A DNA stretch of 45,150 nucleotides from Klebsormidium nitens (lineage: Eukaryota; Plantae; Klebsormidiophyceae): positions 1 to 45,150 of the forward strand of contig DF237632.1 of NCBI GenBank assembly GCA_000708835.1, given 5' to 3'. The notes under the pieces were generated by a model. The model saw only the letters and a list, made by a program, of their open reading frames with translations. It did not search any database and was not told the origin of the DNA. Every line of letters starts with the position of its first letter. Position 1 is the stretch's first letter. Below, one piece after another: positions 20,387-31,998 of the stretch. Both the position numbers and the translations under genes were made by a program.

Positions 20387-23300
20387 ATGGCGTCTGGCAG
20401 AGGCATCAGGGATTGGCTCCCTCTGATTCGTCGCCGATCAAGAAGTGCCCTCCAGAAGCGCAAAAGGGGCAGCTCTGATGCGCCAGTACACACGTCGGCG
20501 TTGGCGCTCGCACTTCTGCTCCTTATGTCGGGCATCCAATCGCCTCAAGTGGTCCTTGGCCAGACGTGTGGCGTCTTCTCGTGCAGCGGTCCAGGACTGA
20601 CCTGCTGCGAGGGGGTCTTCTGCTTCAATTCTGCAAACGGTGGCTTCTGCTGCGGCAGAACTGCCTGCGTTTCCGGAAGTATATGCTGTAGCGATCCAGC
20701 CACCGGTGACCATCATTGCTGCCGGGGGGATTACCAGTGCTGTGCGGGGGGCTGCTGCACCAATTACGAGACGACCGGTGACGTCTGTCACGTGGATGCC
20801 AATGGTTTCGGTACATGCCGAACCGTCTGCTCCACATTCCCTGTGGTCACAACCTTCTGCAGCCTGGGGCCTGAATCCAACCCCGCGCAAAACTGCTGCG
20901 GTCCCCACCAAAAGTGCTGCAAGGGGTCGGGCCACTGCTGCGACTCCGATTGCGCTGGTGAGAATAATGTGTTTGCAGTTTTCAAATCCTGTTACAAGAC
21001 CTTCTCCACCACTGGTGAACCTCGGATTTGCTAGTGCAGCCTGAAATGCTTGCCACCCTGGCAAGGGCTTTGAAGCACGATTCGTTCGTTTGTGGGCGGC
21101 TGCTATTGAGCACTCCCTGTGAAATTCAGATGTTGAACGGACCAGTAGGTATGGTTGTGTTTCATATTTACTACATGTTGAGCAGAAAAGAAACTGAATT
21201 AGGTGCTGCCTTGACAATTGCCCCTTCAGATGAATGTCCTTTCAGGCTTGTACGTTCATTTTATGGACTCGCGCTCCCCTTCCTTTGCTTGCAGATAGGA
21301 ATGGCATCTTAATCTGTCCTGGTGAGCATACTAGCTCAAAGTGATGCAATGTGCAGCTGCAATTTGTTCAGGCATCTGATCTGCAACTTGAACGAGGTTT
21401 GAGCTCCTCATATTGCTCCTCTGGACTTGATTTCTTACTAAGACAAGCCAGTAACGTCAGCCTTATCTGAGCGTTGTGACTCAATTCTGCTCGACATGTT
21501 TCTTGATCATTCTGGTCCTTCCTTGATCATTTGACGATCTCCGATTCAAGCTTTTGCAGACAGTGTCTACGGAGATCCTCACATCTCGCTGTCTAGCTTG
21601 ATTGACCTTGAGAAGCATCCCGACGTTGAGGACTTCTCTTTTGACTTCCATGGTGAAGCCAACAAGACTTACTGCATGATATCCGACCATCTTTTTGCTG
21701 TAAGACTGCCTTCTCTGTAGGACTCCTACGTCAAAAGGGGTGTTTACTGTTTTGAATAGGCTTCGAAACCATGAAACTTAGGTTCTGTAGAAGAAGACAA
21801 GGACAGAACTAAGGCAGGTCCACTTTGCAATGCTGTTGATGGAATGGGCGATGTACGCGAGGATTGACTTGCTCCATGGCCCACTTCAATATCCAAACTT
21901 GGCTGGTCGTTGGCTGGTCAACAGGAAAAAGCTGATCCACTTGGCCTATCAACAGCTCAGCTTTGAGTTGAAGGAGTTGCAATAAGCTCACCCTGTCTCA
22001 CTGAGGGCTGCCACTACTACAGCTGGACACGTGATCTGAAATTAGCTTATTCTGACGTGTCAGTGCAGGGACGTACATGGAATTGCTGCCCTCTCAGTGT
22101 GTCCAACTATAATCTTGCTGAGAGAACCTCTTGATCTAGCTGAGCTCCTTTCGTCTTACTTTCCAGGTTACCGTTCGCATGTTTGGCCTCTCAGCGGACG
22201 TTGAGATACTTGAGCGTCCAGTAGAGGACCCCACAAGGTTCTTTGAGGGCACCTGGATTGACGGAATTGGGTTCATGTACATCAACTGGAGTGGAGAAGA
22301 AAGGAGGGTCGAAGTCCTCCTGAACCACGATTCGGACAGCTTTGGAGACGCCGAGCCTTTCTCTGCCAGTCTGGATGGCTTCCGCATCCCCATCAGTATC
22401 GTAAGTTGCTGATAGTGGTAGTATCCCCAAGCAAGTGGCAGACTGACGTCAGCTCGTGCACTTTTGGTTTAATGCCTACGAGCTTTGAGGAGATTGATTA
22501 GTACGAAAGGCTGGTGCCCAGTTCAATTTGCTCAGTCGATCTGCCACGTGGTCCTTTCAAGGAAGTTCCTGTCAGACCTTCCAGCGGCTAGGAGGACAAG
22601 CGAGTATCAGACAGTTGTGAAGCCCGGTGTTTAAAGTGCTCCCCTGAGGACATAATCCTTCCACTGAAAGACACATCTTTCTTCTCCTCAAAAAGTGCAC
22701 ACTTCTGTGGACTTTTGTGTGGCATTCAAGTCTCGTTCGTGTCTTTGCAGCATGACGGACCTGAGTTTCTTTGGACCAGCCCCGACGGCATGGTCAAGAT
22801 CAGCCCCCATTGTACTCGAGGAAGTGCTCTTTCAATCTCTGTCGGCGAATCACTGGACATGGATATCTTCCGGGAGTTTGAAGACGAGATCATCACTGAG
22901 CCACCCGTGCAGTTCCTGAACTTCGAGATCCGTCATGCTGCAACCACTGATTTTGTGCACGGGGTAAGCACGCTGTTAGGGGATAACTACTTTTTTGACT
23001 CCTCGCAAACAGGTCATGTGGAAGCTTCGGAACGAATGCGTCAGAGCGAATAGTAGGGCAGAACGCCAAGGCAGGTTGAGGAAGGCATCATGGAACACTT
23101 CAGTTATTGGTCTCTTTGAGGTTTGTACCTGTCTACAACTTGCTCGTGGCAACCTCGGAGTACTGTGATTAGCCAATGATGGGGCCCTTTCCGGGCTCTA
23201 AAAGACGGCTTTCTACGTTTGTTTCCGATCCACAAAGAATCCTGGTAAAGGACAAAGTAGAGGCCGTGCTCGAACGTGTCTTGCCATTTAGCAACCCGCA

Positions 23301-24621
23301 CTACGCCAAGGTGTCACGTTTCGAAGTCTCACAGAATCAGAAAGGCGGCTTACAACCAGACTTGGGCCGCTCGAGGTTCATAAATCCTGGAAGCGCCTGC
23401 TTTTAGCTGTCTTTGCCGCGGGCATCTAATAAGGTTTTTGCTGAGTCTACTCGGCTCAAGTAGGTTTCAATGGTAAAATAGTTTTTTCTGTGCGACTCAG
23501 CTCAAGCAGGACGGGTGGGGCCGGGTTGAAATGGGATGGTGAGCAAACGAAGAGTTGCGAGTAAACTCGTAAGTTCAGTTGACATCATGCGGATCAATCG
23601 GGAACTTTTCTTTAGGTTTATCCAGTTCGTTTGGCCCTCCGGTATCATTGCATTGAGAAGGTATTTTGCTGCGCAGTTTTTGGGTCAGATGTACGCTCCT
23701 GGAGCGGTTGAGGAGCGGCTGGCTATGGGCACCCTCGAGGGGTTTCTCCACCGCGAGTACGTCGAAGGTGCGGACGAAGACTACGAGACGTCCAGCCTCA
23801 CCTCGTCGGACTGCGCCTTCGACCGCTTTGGAAAGGTAATATTCCCGTCTCCTCCCAGTCGCCTTAGACTCACAAAATCTAAGTATGCTTCTCTCATTCT
23901 CGAGCTGCTTCGATGGACCTCACTATATCTGTAGCCAATGATGTTTGACCACAGGGGTTCCCTACTGGCAGGCCGACTGATGGAATGCAGATTGCATAGG
24001 GCGAGCGATGTCAAACGTCAGCTTAAGTACTGTTTCGATAGAAGGGGCGCCTGTAAGCAGAGACTTTTAGCGGCCCGCGTGTAACTGGCAGGCTGCTCTA
24101 ATCTGTCCCGGGTCTTGCGCGCTCAGCACGAACCAATCACCTTCGACGTCTTTTCGCATTACATTTAACGTGCACGAAGGAGAATGGCACGATCAACTTC
24201 AATCTTTATGTTCCCACAACTTGTTAGCCAGTGCCCCGCCAGGTAAATCCAGATTTGCATAGGCGCAAGCCGAGCATAAAAACAGGGGGACTGCTCCAGA
24301 GCGCCCCCGACTTCTATTTTTTTTTAGGGCCTCATGATCCGTGTCTTCATGTGTCCCAAAACGTAAGATTTCTGCGGCTGATTCGCGACCAATGCTGTAT
24401 ATTTCGAGAATTTGGAGATACGCACCGCTAGCGGCCCTGGCTACGTCCGGTAATTGAAGCACCAAAGTCAATTGATCGACGTTCACCTGCAGGACCTGTC
24501 AAAAGCTTCCGGCTTCTCCGCCGTCAACTTCGGAAGGCGTCTCCTGACGCCATCTGTCTCGGACCGTTTGCCAGTGAACTGCAAGGTCCTGGACAAAGGG
24601 CGGAAATTCACGTGCGCCTGA
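20387..24621 (+). CDS. Secreted Cys-rich protein with a GDPH-containing root-cap (vWD-like) domain, paralog 1, 7 exons
   Basis: Exons 20387-20957, 21295-21321, 21560-21699, 22167-22400, 22751-22963, 23677-23835, 24493-24621 (TGA). Hydrophobic signal ALALALLLLMSG; many CC doublets; YGDPH...FDFHG....YCMISD; FLGQMY...DYETSSLTSSDCAFDRF; terminal C..LDKG..F.C. Confidence 0.85.
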
Positions 24622-25355
24622 GTCACTCAGTCCCGATACTCAGTGCACAGGGCTTCAGGCACCAGATCCGCCACGGCCCATCTGTTTGACGCAATTGGCC
24701 GTTCTGTCCATACTGTTATCATATCTGTACCTGTGGGCACCACTGTGACAGCAAGATATCTTCTATTGGTGGTAGTAAGGTTGAACGGAAACCACTAAGG
24801 ATAAATGACTATTTTATATAGTCGGCTTGCTTATACGTAAGTTGTGAGATCTCTCTGTCACTTGTACAATATGGGGTGGACAGTCCCCGGACAGTCGCAG
24901 TGGGACCGTCGAACACTCCGCTCAACGTCCTTTAAGGACCTGGTTTAAAGATTCCGTGAGAGTTCTACCCAGTGAAGTTGAACGAGAACTTACTGATCGA
25001 TATCAAATCTACAGCCGCTAAAAGCATACTCGTCGGACACCGCTCGTTTGTATTGACTGGCTTGACCGCTTACTGACCCATAATTATACGGACAGCTGAG
25101 ACGAAGAACACGCAGGAAGGTTTTGCTTTGATCCGAGTCACTAGGAAATATTGTACCTGGTTGTGGTCCAATCGAGCGCCTTCAAAACTGGGCCATGATT
25201 TCAAAATCATTGGTCAGTAGTAGTGATGGCTTTCGAGGCCGCGAGAAAGCGTGACTTTGACATGACTCCGAATCGCTTGAACCATGTTCAGCCTCCAAAA
25301 CGGTCTGCGACTCCCTCTCACACCCTCGGACTCAATCATCTCGTATAGAAGTGAG

Positions 25356-25396
25356 GTCGACCGTCGACCGTCGACCGTGTAATGTAATGTAATGTA
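25356..25396 (+). repeat. Compound short tandem repeat, (GTCGACC)3 followed by (TGTAA)3
   Basis: Directly visible in the sequence. Confidence 0.8.
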
Positions 25397-25605
25397 CTCC
25401 GCTGCTGCGCGGCCAAGACACGAAGCGGGTCTACATATATTGCATACTATGCCGGCGACTAGTCAGGGACGTACGAGAAGTTATTCTATAGCAATACGAC
25501 TCGAAGCGTCGCGCACGTCGAATCTTGCTGAGATCCTGAGCACAGCCATGAACGCCAGATTGAATATTCACCTGCCGATCACGTACCACAGGGAGGATTG
25601 GTCAG

Positions 25606-25664
25606 CAACCTAGGTCCCGTAACCTAGGCACCCAGGTTATGCCTAGGTTACGGGACCCAGGTTG
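25606..25664. repeat. 25-bp stem hairpin in the left subterminal repeat
   Basis: CAACCTAGGTCCCGTAACCTAGGCA / 9-nt loop / TGCCTAGGTTACGGGACCCAGGTTG, with one mismatch. Confidence 0.85.
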
Positions 25665-25877
25665 TTGACAACCTCGGTATCACCTAGGTTGTTGTCCAAC
25701 AATTTGACTTGCGTGTAGGTTGTGAGTAACCGAGGTCCCTAGGTTGTGAACAACCCTGTGCAACGCCCAGGTTACAAAGATCCGGACCTAGGTTACGCCA
25801 CAACCTGGGTAGTTTATTCTCAATCTGGGCATCATACAGTATATACACTTTGTTTGAAGAGCTTTTTCAGATCAGAA

Positions 25878-25971
25878 GGAGCAATAGCATAGTGGTAAGA
25901 CGCTTGATTCTGGTAGACACCCAGCAGAACGTGGGTTCGAACCCGAGAGCCAACAGGAGTGCTCTCTTTTT
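25878..25971 (+). ncRNA. tRNA-derived Pol III-like unit (SINE head or tRNA relic), not a canonical tRNA
   Basis: A box TAGCATAGTGG (25885-25895), B box GGTTCGAACCC (25934-25944) and T5 terminator (25967-25971). The acceptor and T stems are imperfect. Confidence 0.45.
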
Positions 25972-26073
25972 ACCCCTCGAAAACGCCTTTGAAAATAACC
26001 AAAATAGACACATTCCCAATCAGTTTTCTCCGTTTCTTTTTCGACTTTGACTTTTTTGCGACTTGGGCGTCAC

Positions 26074-26775
26074 NNNNNNNNNNNNNNNNNNNNNNNNNNN
26101 NNNNNNNNNNNNNNNNNNNNNNNNNNNNNNNNNNNNNNNNNNNNNNNNNNNNNNNNNNNNNNNNNNNNNNNNNNNNNNNNNNNNNNNNNNNNNNNNNNNN
26201 NNNNNNNNNNNNNNNNNNNNNNNNNNNNNNNNNNNNNNNNNNNNNNNNNNNNNNNNNNNNNNNNNNNNNNNNNNNNNNNNNNNNNNNNNNNNNNNNNNNN
26301 NNNNNNNNNNNNNNNNNNNNNNNNNNNNNNNNNNNNNNNNNNNNNNNNNNNNNNNNNNNNNNNNNNNNNNNNNNNNNNNNNNNNNNNNNNNNNNNNNNNN
26401 NNNNNNNNNNNNNNNNNNNNNNNNNNNNNNNNNNNNNNNNNNNNNNNNNNNNNNNNNNNNNNNNNNNNNNNNNNNNNNNNNNNNNNNNNNNNNNNNNNNN
26501 NNNNNNNNNNNNNNNNNNNNNNNNNNNNNNNNNNNNNNNNNNNNNNNNNNNNNNNNNNNNNNNNNNNNNNNNNNNNNNNNNNNNNNNNNNNNNNNNNNNN
26601 NNNNNNNNNNNNNNNNNNNNNNNNNNNNNNNNNNNNNNNNNNNNNNNNNNNNNNNNNNNNNNNNNNNNNNNNNNNNNNNNNNNNNNNNNNNNNNNNNNNN
26701 NNNNNNNNNNNNNNNNNNNNNNNNNNNNNNNNNNNNNNNNNNNNNNNNNNNNNNNNNNNNNNNNNNNNNNNNNNN
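26074..26775. other. Assembly gap (N run)
   Basis: Run of N. Confidence 1.
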
Positions 26776-28249
26776 GAATGTAGTGCGTGCTTTGGAACGT
26801 CCTTGGCTACAAGATGGTGTCATTCCCTAGAAAATCTCATGTTTCATGACGGCCTAAAAGCGTCACAAAGTCTCAATTCTCTTTCTTTGCGCATTTGAGT
26901 TCTCAACAAACTTGGTCGAAGTTCTTCGCAACCCGGGTCTGCATGGGTTGTGTACAACCTACCCGGGTTAAGAGTGCCACTCATCCCAGGTCCAAGATTA
27001 CCTAGGTTACTACCTATGTTACGCGACAACCTATGCAATAACCTTGGCACAACCTACCAAGGTTACTGACCAATGATCCCCCCTGTGTACGGTTTGATGA
27101 TTGGGCCCGCCGGCCTGCCGCGGCGCTCTCTCACAGGGCTGAGGCGGACCGGCGCGGCCGCTCGCACTGGCGCCACTAGTAGCATGCGCATCCAAGTGAC
27201 CTGCCTGACGGGCCGGCAAGGAGCGGGCCCGCATTCGCTGCGTCCACTTTGCACACGCGTGCAAGCGGCCTGAGCTTGCGCCCGGCTGACCTGGTCCGCT
27301 CAGGGCCGACTTCTCCGGTTGTGTCAGCATGGTAGGGCTAAGAGTAACTCAGCGACCGTACGGAACATGTACGGCGGAGCATCCGAGTACGGTCCAACGG
27401 TCAACCGTTATTTTACTGTACCGTACTTACTAGTGCGTAGTACGTACTACGGTACCTAGCTCTTTAAAACGATTCCACAGATACGGTACTTAACCAGAAT
27501 AAGTACTCTAGTTACAGTATTAAACAGCTCAGGTTATCGTGAGAACGAAGCGAACACTGAAAACCTAACGAAACCATCACCCGCTCCGCAGCCGCTCCGC
27601 AGCCGTATCCACCCTAACCCCCATGCTCACCCCACCCGTCCCAGCACAGGTGACAGTCCCCAAACTGAGCTACCTATTCTGTAGTATGTACTTGTTCTAG
27701 AGAACGATACATTACGCCACAGTCCGACCTACGGAATCGTACGGAGGCAGACCGGCAAGCACGGCGTACTTTCACTCCGTAATCATTGGACACTGCCGAA
27801 ACTTCCGGTTGATGATCATCGGACTACCGTACAAGTCACATGTCGACAGACCGATAAGATAAGTTGCGGCCGAGAGGATGAAAAGCTGCCATGTGTCCCA
27901 TTCCTAGTGGCCGGCCCTGCCGTGAGCTGATTCTGACCGTCCGCTCCGGACTCTACCCAGTTTACAGCGCAAAGCAGTTGATGGGACAGCAACATCCAAT
28001 CACAGCACCTCGCAATGACACCGATCGAAGGAAAACGGATGACGACATCAGGTGCCGACAGAACAGCGTCACAGCAGGGCTGATCAGCAGGAGCCCGGAC
28101 TTCCCCGGCCTGTGCCATACTCAAAAGCGTGTCGAAAGAAGCGGCCCTAGCAGGGGAGCCGTCGTAGTTGGTCAAAGGCAGATGCGGGCGGTGAACATTA
28201 AGAGAGTCCTGGGCGTCTTGCGCATACAGCTCAGCGCCTTTGATGGGCC

Positions 28250-31200
28250 ATGGCGTCTCGCGGAGGCATCACGGATTGGCTTTCCCTGAGTCAGCGATTG
28301 AGAAGCACCCTTCAGAAGCTCAAAAACAACAGCTCTGATGCGCCACACATGTCAGCATTGGCCATCGCACTTCTGCTCCTTGTTTTGGGCTTTCATTCAC
28401 CTCACGCGGTCCTCGGCCAATGTGGCATCTTCGGCGCTTGCAACGGGACCGGACAGCTTTGCTGCGGGGGTGCCTCGTGCACCTTCACTCCTGCAAATGG
28501 CAGCGCTAGCTTTTGTTGCGGCAAAACTACTTGCAATCCTAGCCAGAACTGCTGCACAGGGTCTGGCCACTGCTGCGACTCCTCATGTGTTGGTGAGACA
28601 TCCTATTACCACTGGTCAAGTCCTCCAATTCCTCCTTTTTGCCACCTTGAGTTTGCTGGTGCATTCAGATGCAGCTTGGCATGATTCCTCCAGCTTAAGA
28701 TTAGATGCTCGCTGAAAGGGTGGGGCGGCTGCCGTAGAGCCCTTACCTGTCTGACAGATCGTAATGGACCGATAAACATGTTTGCCGCTTAACCGCTATC
28801 TTCTGCAATGCAATAATAGATCCTAGTGGCTGCCAGCTAGAGGGCTAGGTTTCAAAGCCAATGTTCACTGAAGCTCGCTCCCCCTCCTTTGCCTGCAGAC
28901 CGGAAAGGAGCATCAATTTGTCCTGGTGAGTCTTGCCAACCAAGTAAGCAAAGGCAGAATGCAGCACTCTGTTTGGGCAGATTCTGAGCAATGTGCTTGG
29001 ATCCATGTTGTCTCTTCTCCAATGTGCAAGTTGATCCCACCTTGAAGACTGACAGGGTGCATGTTCAATCTTTTGCAGACAGTATTTATGGAGATCCTCA
29101 CATCTCGCTATCTAGCTTGATTGACCCTACGAAGCACCCCAATGTCGAAGATTTTTCCTTTGACTTCCATGGAGAAGCCAATAGGACCTACTGCATGATT
29201 TCTGACCTCCTGTTTGCGGTAAGACTGCCTTCTGTGTAGAGCTCTGATGTCTGGACGGATTGCTTATTGTACTGCAAATGCATCATAAGCTTTCACATGT
29301 CCCAGTTTCTGACAGGTGTAGACATGAACAGGATTTATGCAGATCCTCTTTGCAGAGATGTTGCAAGCATGAAAGATCTATGTAAGGACTCGATCTTTGG
29401 CCCCACTGCAATTCGCAACTTGGCTGGTTGGATGGGGTGAAAAGAAAAAAGCTGCTTCATTCAACTTGTCGACAGCCCACGTACTGCAAGTATCATTTAT
29501 TGTGATTACTGCATCAAGTCAGACATCTTGGACCTTTTAACATCAACTCCCTTCCGCCTTGCTTGACAGGTTACCGTTCGTATGTTCGGCCTCTCAGCTG
29601 ACGCCAACATCCTTGCGCGTCCCTTAGAGGACCCAACAAAGTTCTTTGAAGGCACCTGGATCGACGGCATTGGATTCATGTATATCAACTGGAGTGGAGA
29701 AGAGAGGAGGGTTGAGGTCCTCCTGAACCATGATGCCGACAGTTTTGGAGACGCTGAGCCTTTCTCGGCCACTTTTGGTGATGGCACCCGCGTTCCCCTC
29801 AATCACGTGAGTTGCAAACATCAGCAAAGTCTCAGCTGAGAAAAGCGCTAGCATTGACAAATGACTAGCTTGAGTGGACAACAGAACTCCAGCTATTTTT
29901 GGGATAGCTCCTATCTGGTCGGTAGAAACATATGACCGGATTCCTACCCCTGAAGTTGCCATGGTCTTCTGGAAGAATCCCAGTCACGATCTCTAGTGAC
30001 AGAAAAGCACCGGTGGTCGATTGTGACGCCCAGTATTCATATCGCATTTCTGAGGATGTCAGCAACTAGGAATCCGAGGGGAACAGATTTCCTGGAATTT
30101 GCTCGCCTCTATGGAGCAATTTCTGACATTCAGATCCTGTTCGCGCCTTGCAGCATGAGCTCGATACCCTTTGGACCAGCCCCGACGGCATGGTCAAGAT
30201 CAGCCCCCATCCCACACGAGAGAGTGCGCTTTCAATCTCCGTTGGCGAATCATTGGACATGGATATCTTCCGGGAGTTTGAAGACGAGATCATCACTGAG
30301 CCACCCGTGCAGTTCCTGAACTTCGAGATCCGTCATGCTGCAACCTCGGCCAACGTTCACGGGGTAAGCGCGCTTTCAGTACCCAATCGTCTCTCTTGTC
30401 TATGTCTCCTCGGAAACAGGTTCTGTGGAGGATTCAAAACAGAAGCGTCAGAGAAAAGCGAGGATAAGAAGGCCAGCTTGAAGCAGGTTTCAAGGAGCAC
30501 TTTGGGACTCGGGAGGTCCTTTTGAAGCCCGTACTTGTACTGTAAGCTCGTTGTAAGTCAAAGCGATCCTGGTTCGGCAGTGGCTCTTACATTCTTGAAA
30601 GCTTCGAAACGTTTTGTCTGCATCGGCGGTTCTCAGCCAGCGGGAATCCTGGTGTTTGGACGATTGAAATCTGCAGATTTCAAGGGAGTGGGTAGAATTT
30701 CATTTCTTGAGGAGACCTCTGGCTGTTCAGCAAGTGGTGTGATGCTTGGAACCACGTTTGAGTTCTCACCGCATGAAAAAGCAGCTTTTAAAACCTGGTC
30801 TGGAGTGTTGAACATTAATATTAAGCACATGTTTTCCGGCGATTCGAGATCAAGGAACGAACGGAAAGGCCGGCCGCTTTAACAACGCTGGATTAGAGTA
30901 TGTTGGGTTGCGAAGCTTCGAAGCTCTTCTTCTCTGCTTTCATCAAGTGATGTCGCTTCTAAAGTCAGGGTCAATTCGTCGAATCATAACGTCATTTTGC
31001 TGCGCAGTTCTTGGGTCAGATGTACGCTCCTGGAGCAGTAGAGGAGCGGCTGGCAATGGGCACCCTGGAGGGGTTTCTCCACCGCGAGTACGTAGAAGGC
31101 GCGGACGAGGACTACGAGACGTCCAGCCTCACCTCATCGGACTGCGCCTTCGACCGCTTCGGCAAGGTAACGTCCCACATCTCGCCCAGTAGCTTCAGCC

Positions 31201-31998
31201 GAGCTTTACGGGACTGTTTCGGTGTCTTCTCAACATTCAACACAAACGATTAATTAATTAATCGAGCGGAAAGAGTTTGTATTGGCAGGCCAAGTGGTCA
31301 AATGAAAGTTGCCTAAAGGGGACTCATAATGGAACGTCCGCTTCGTGCTCCAGTAGAACGGGCGCCTAGTGAACAGAAAACTTTGAGGGGTGCACACGAC
31401 CGGCAGGCGGCCACCTTTGCGCGCCTTGCCGCTGTCAACGAGAGCCCACCTTCGGGATCTCTTTCAATCAAGTACTGAGGAGAGAACAGAGTCTGGCACA
31501 TCGTTTTCCGTTAACGTTGTGTACGGGATACACAGCTTGTCGACTGCTCTGTAGAGAACCCATGTCTGCATGGCAAGCCAAGCTTGATTGTCATGGAGCG
31601 ACTGATAAAGCGCGGCCTCCTGCTTTTCTGTCGCCGGAACGAGTGTCTTGCTGACGTCTTTCTTAGCCGGACTTGCTGCTTAAAAGAAAACGCTGCACGC
31701 TTCGACCTCCCTGTTGAGACGCCGTCTTTAAGCGGATCAAATGCTCAATCAACCGGACGCTAATTGAAAATGCTCCCAAGTACAGTAAGACAATGGAACC
31801 GGACGAAATCAGAGGCACAACTGGCTGGTTTTAGAACGCACGGAGCAATCTGGCGTACCTTCCCTCCAGGTCCCGCCGACAGCTTCCGACTTCTCCGCCG
31901 TCAATCTCGGAAGGCGTCTCCTGATGCCAGCTGTTTCGGACCGTGTGCCAGTGAGCTGCAGGGTCTTGGACAAGGGGAAAACATTCGTGTGCGCTTGA
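28250..31998 (+). CDS. Secreted Cys-rich GDPH/root-cap-domain protein, paralog 2, 7 exons
   Basis: Exons 28250-28592, 28899-28925, 29079-29218, 29570-29806, 30154-30363, 31008-31166, 31870-31998 (TGA). Intron positions match paralog 1, and the peptides are near-identical in places (FFEGTWIDGIGFMYINWSGEERRVEVLLNHD; GQMYAPGAVEERLAMGTLEGFLHREYVEG). Confidence 0.85.

Larger units (their letters stand above)
25587..27087. mobile_element. Non-autonomous CACTA/CMC-like DNA transposon spanning an assembly gap
   Basis: Left end CACAGGGAGGATTGGTCAGCAACC; reverse complement of the right end CACAGGGGGGATCATTGGTCAGTAACC. TAC flanks both sides (25584-25586 and 27088-27090), a 3-bp TSD. Dense AACCTAGGTT-type subterminal repeats occur at 25606-25812 and 26930-27065. 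Confidence 0.7.

Noticed and set aside
25959-26898. Long ORFs in the track crossing the first N gap
   Set aside because: Artefacts of translating N as X.
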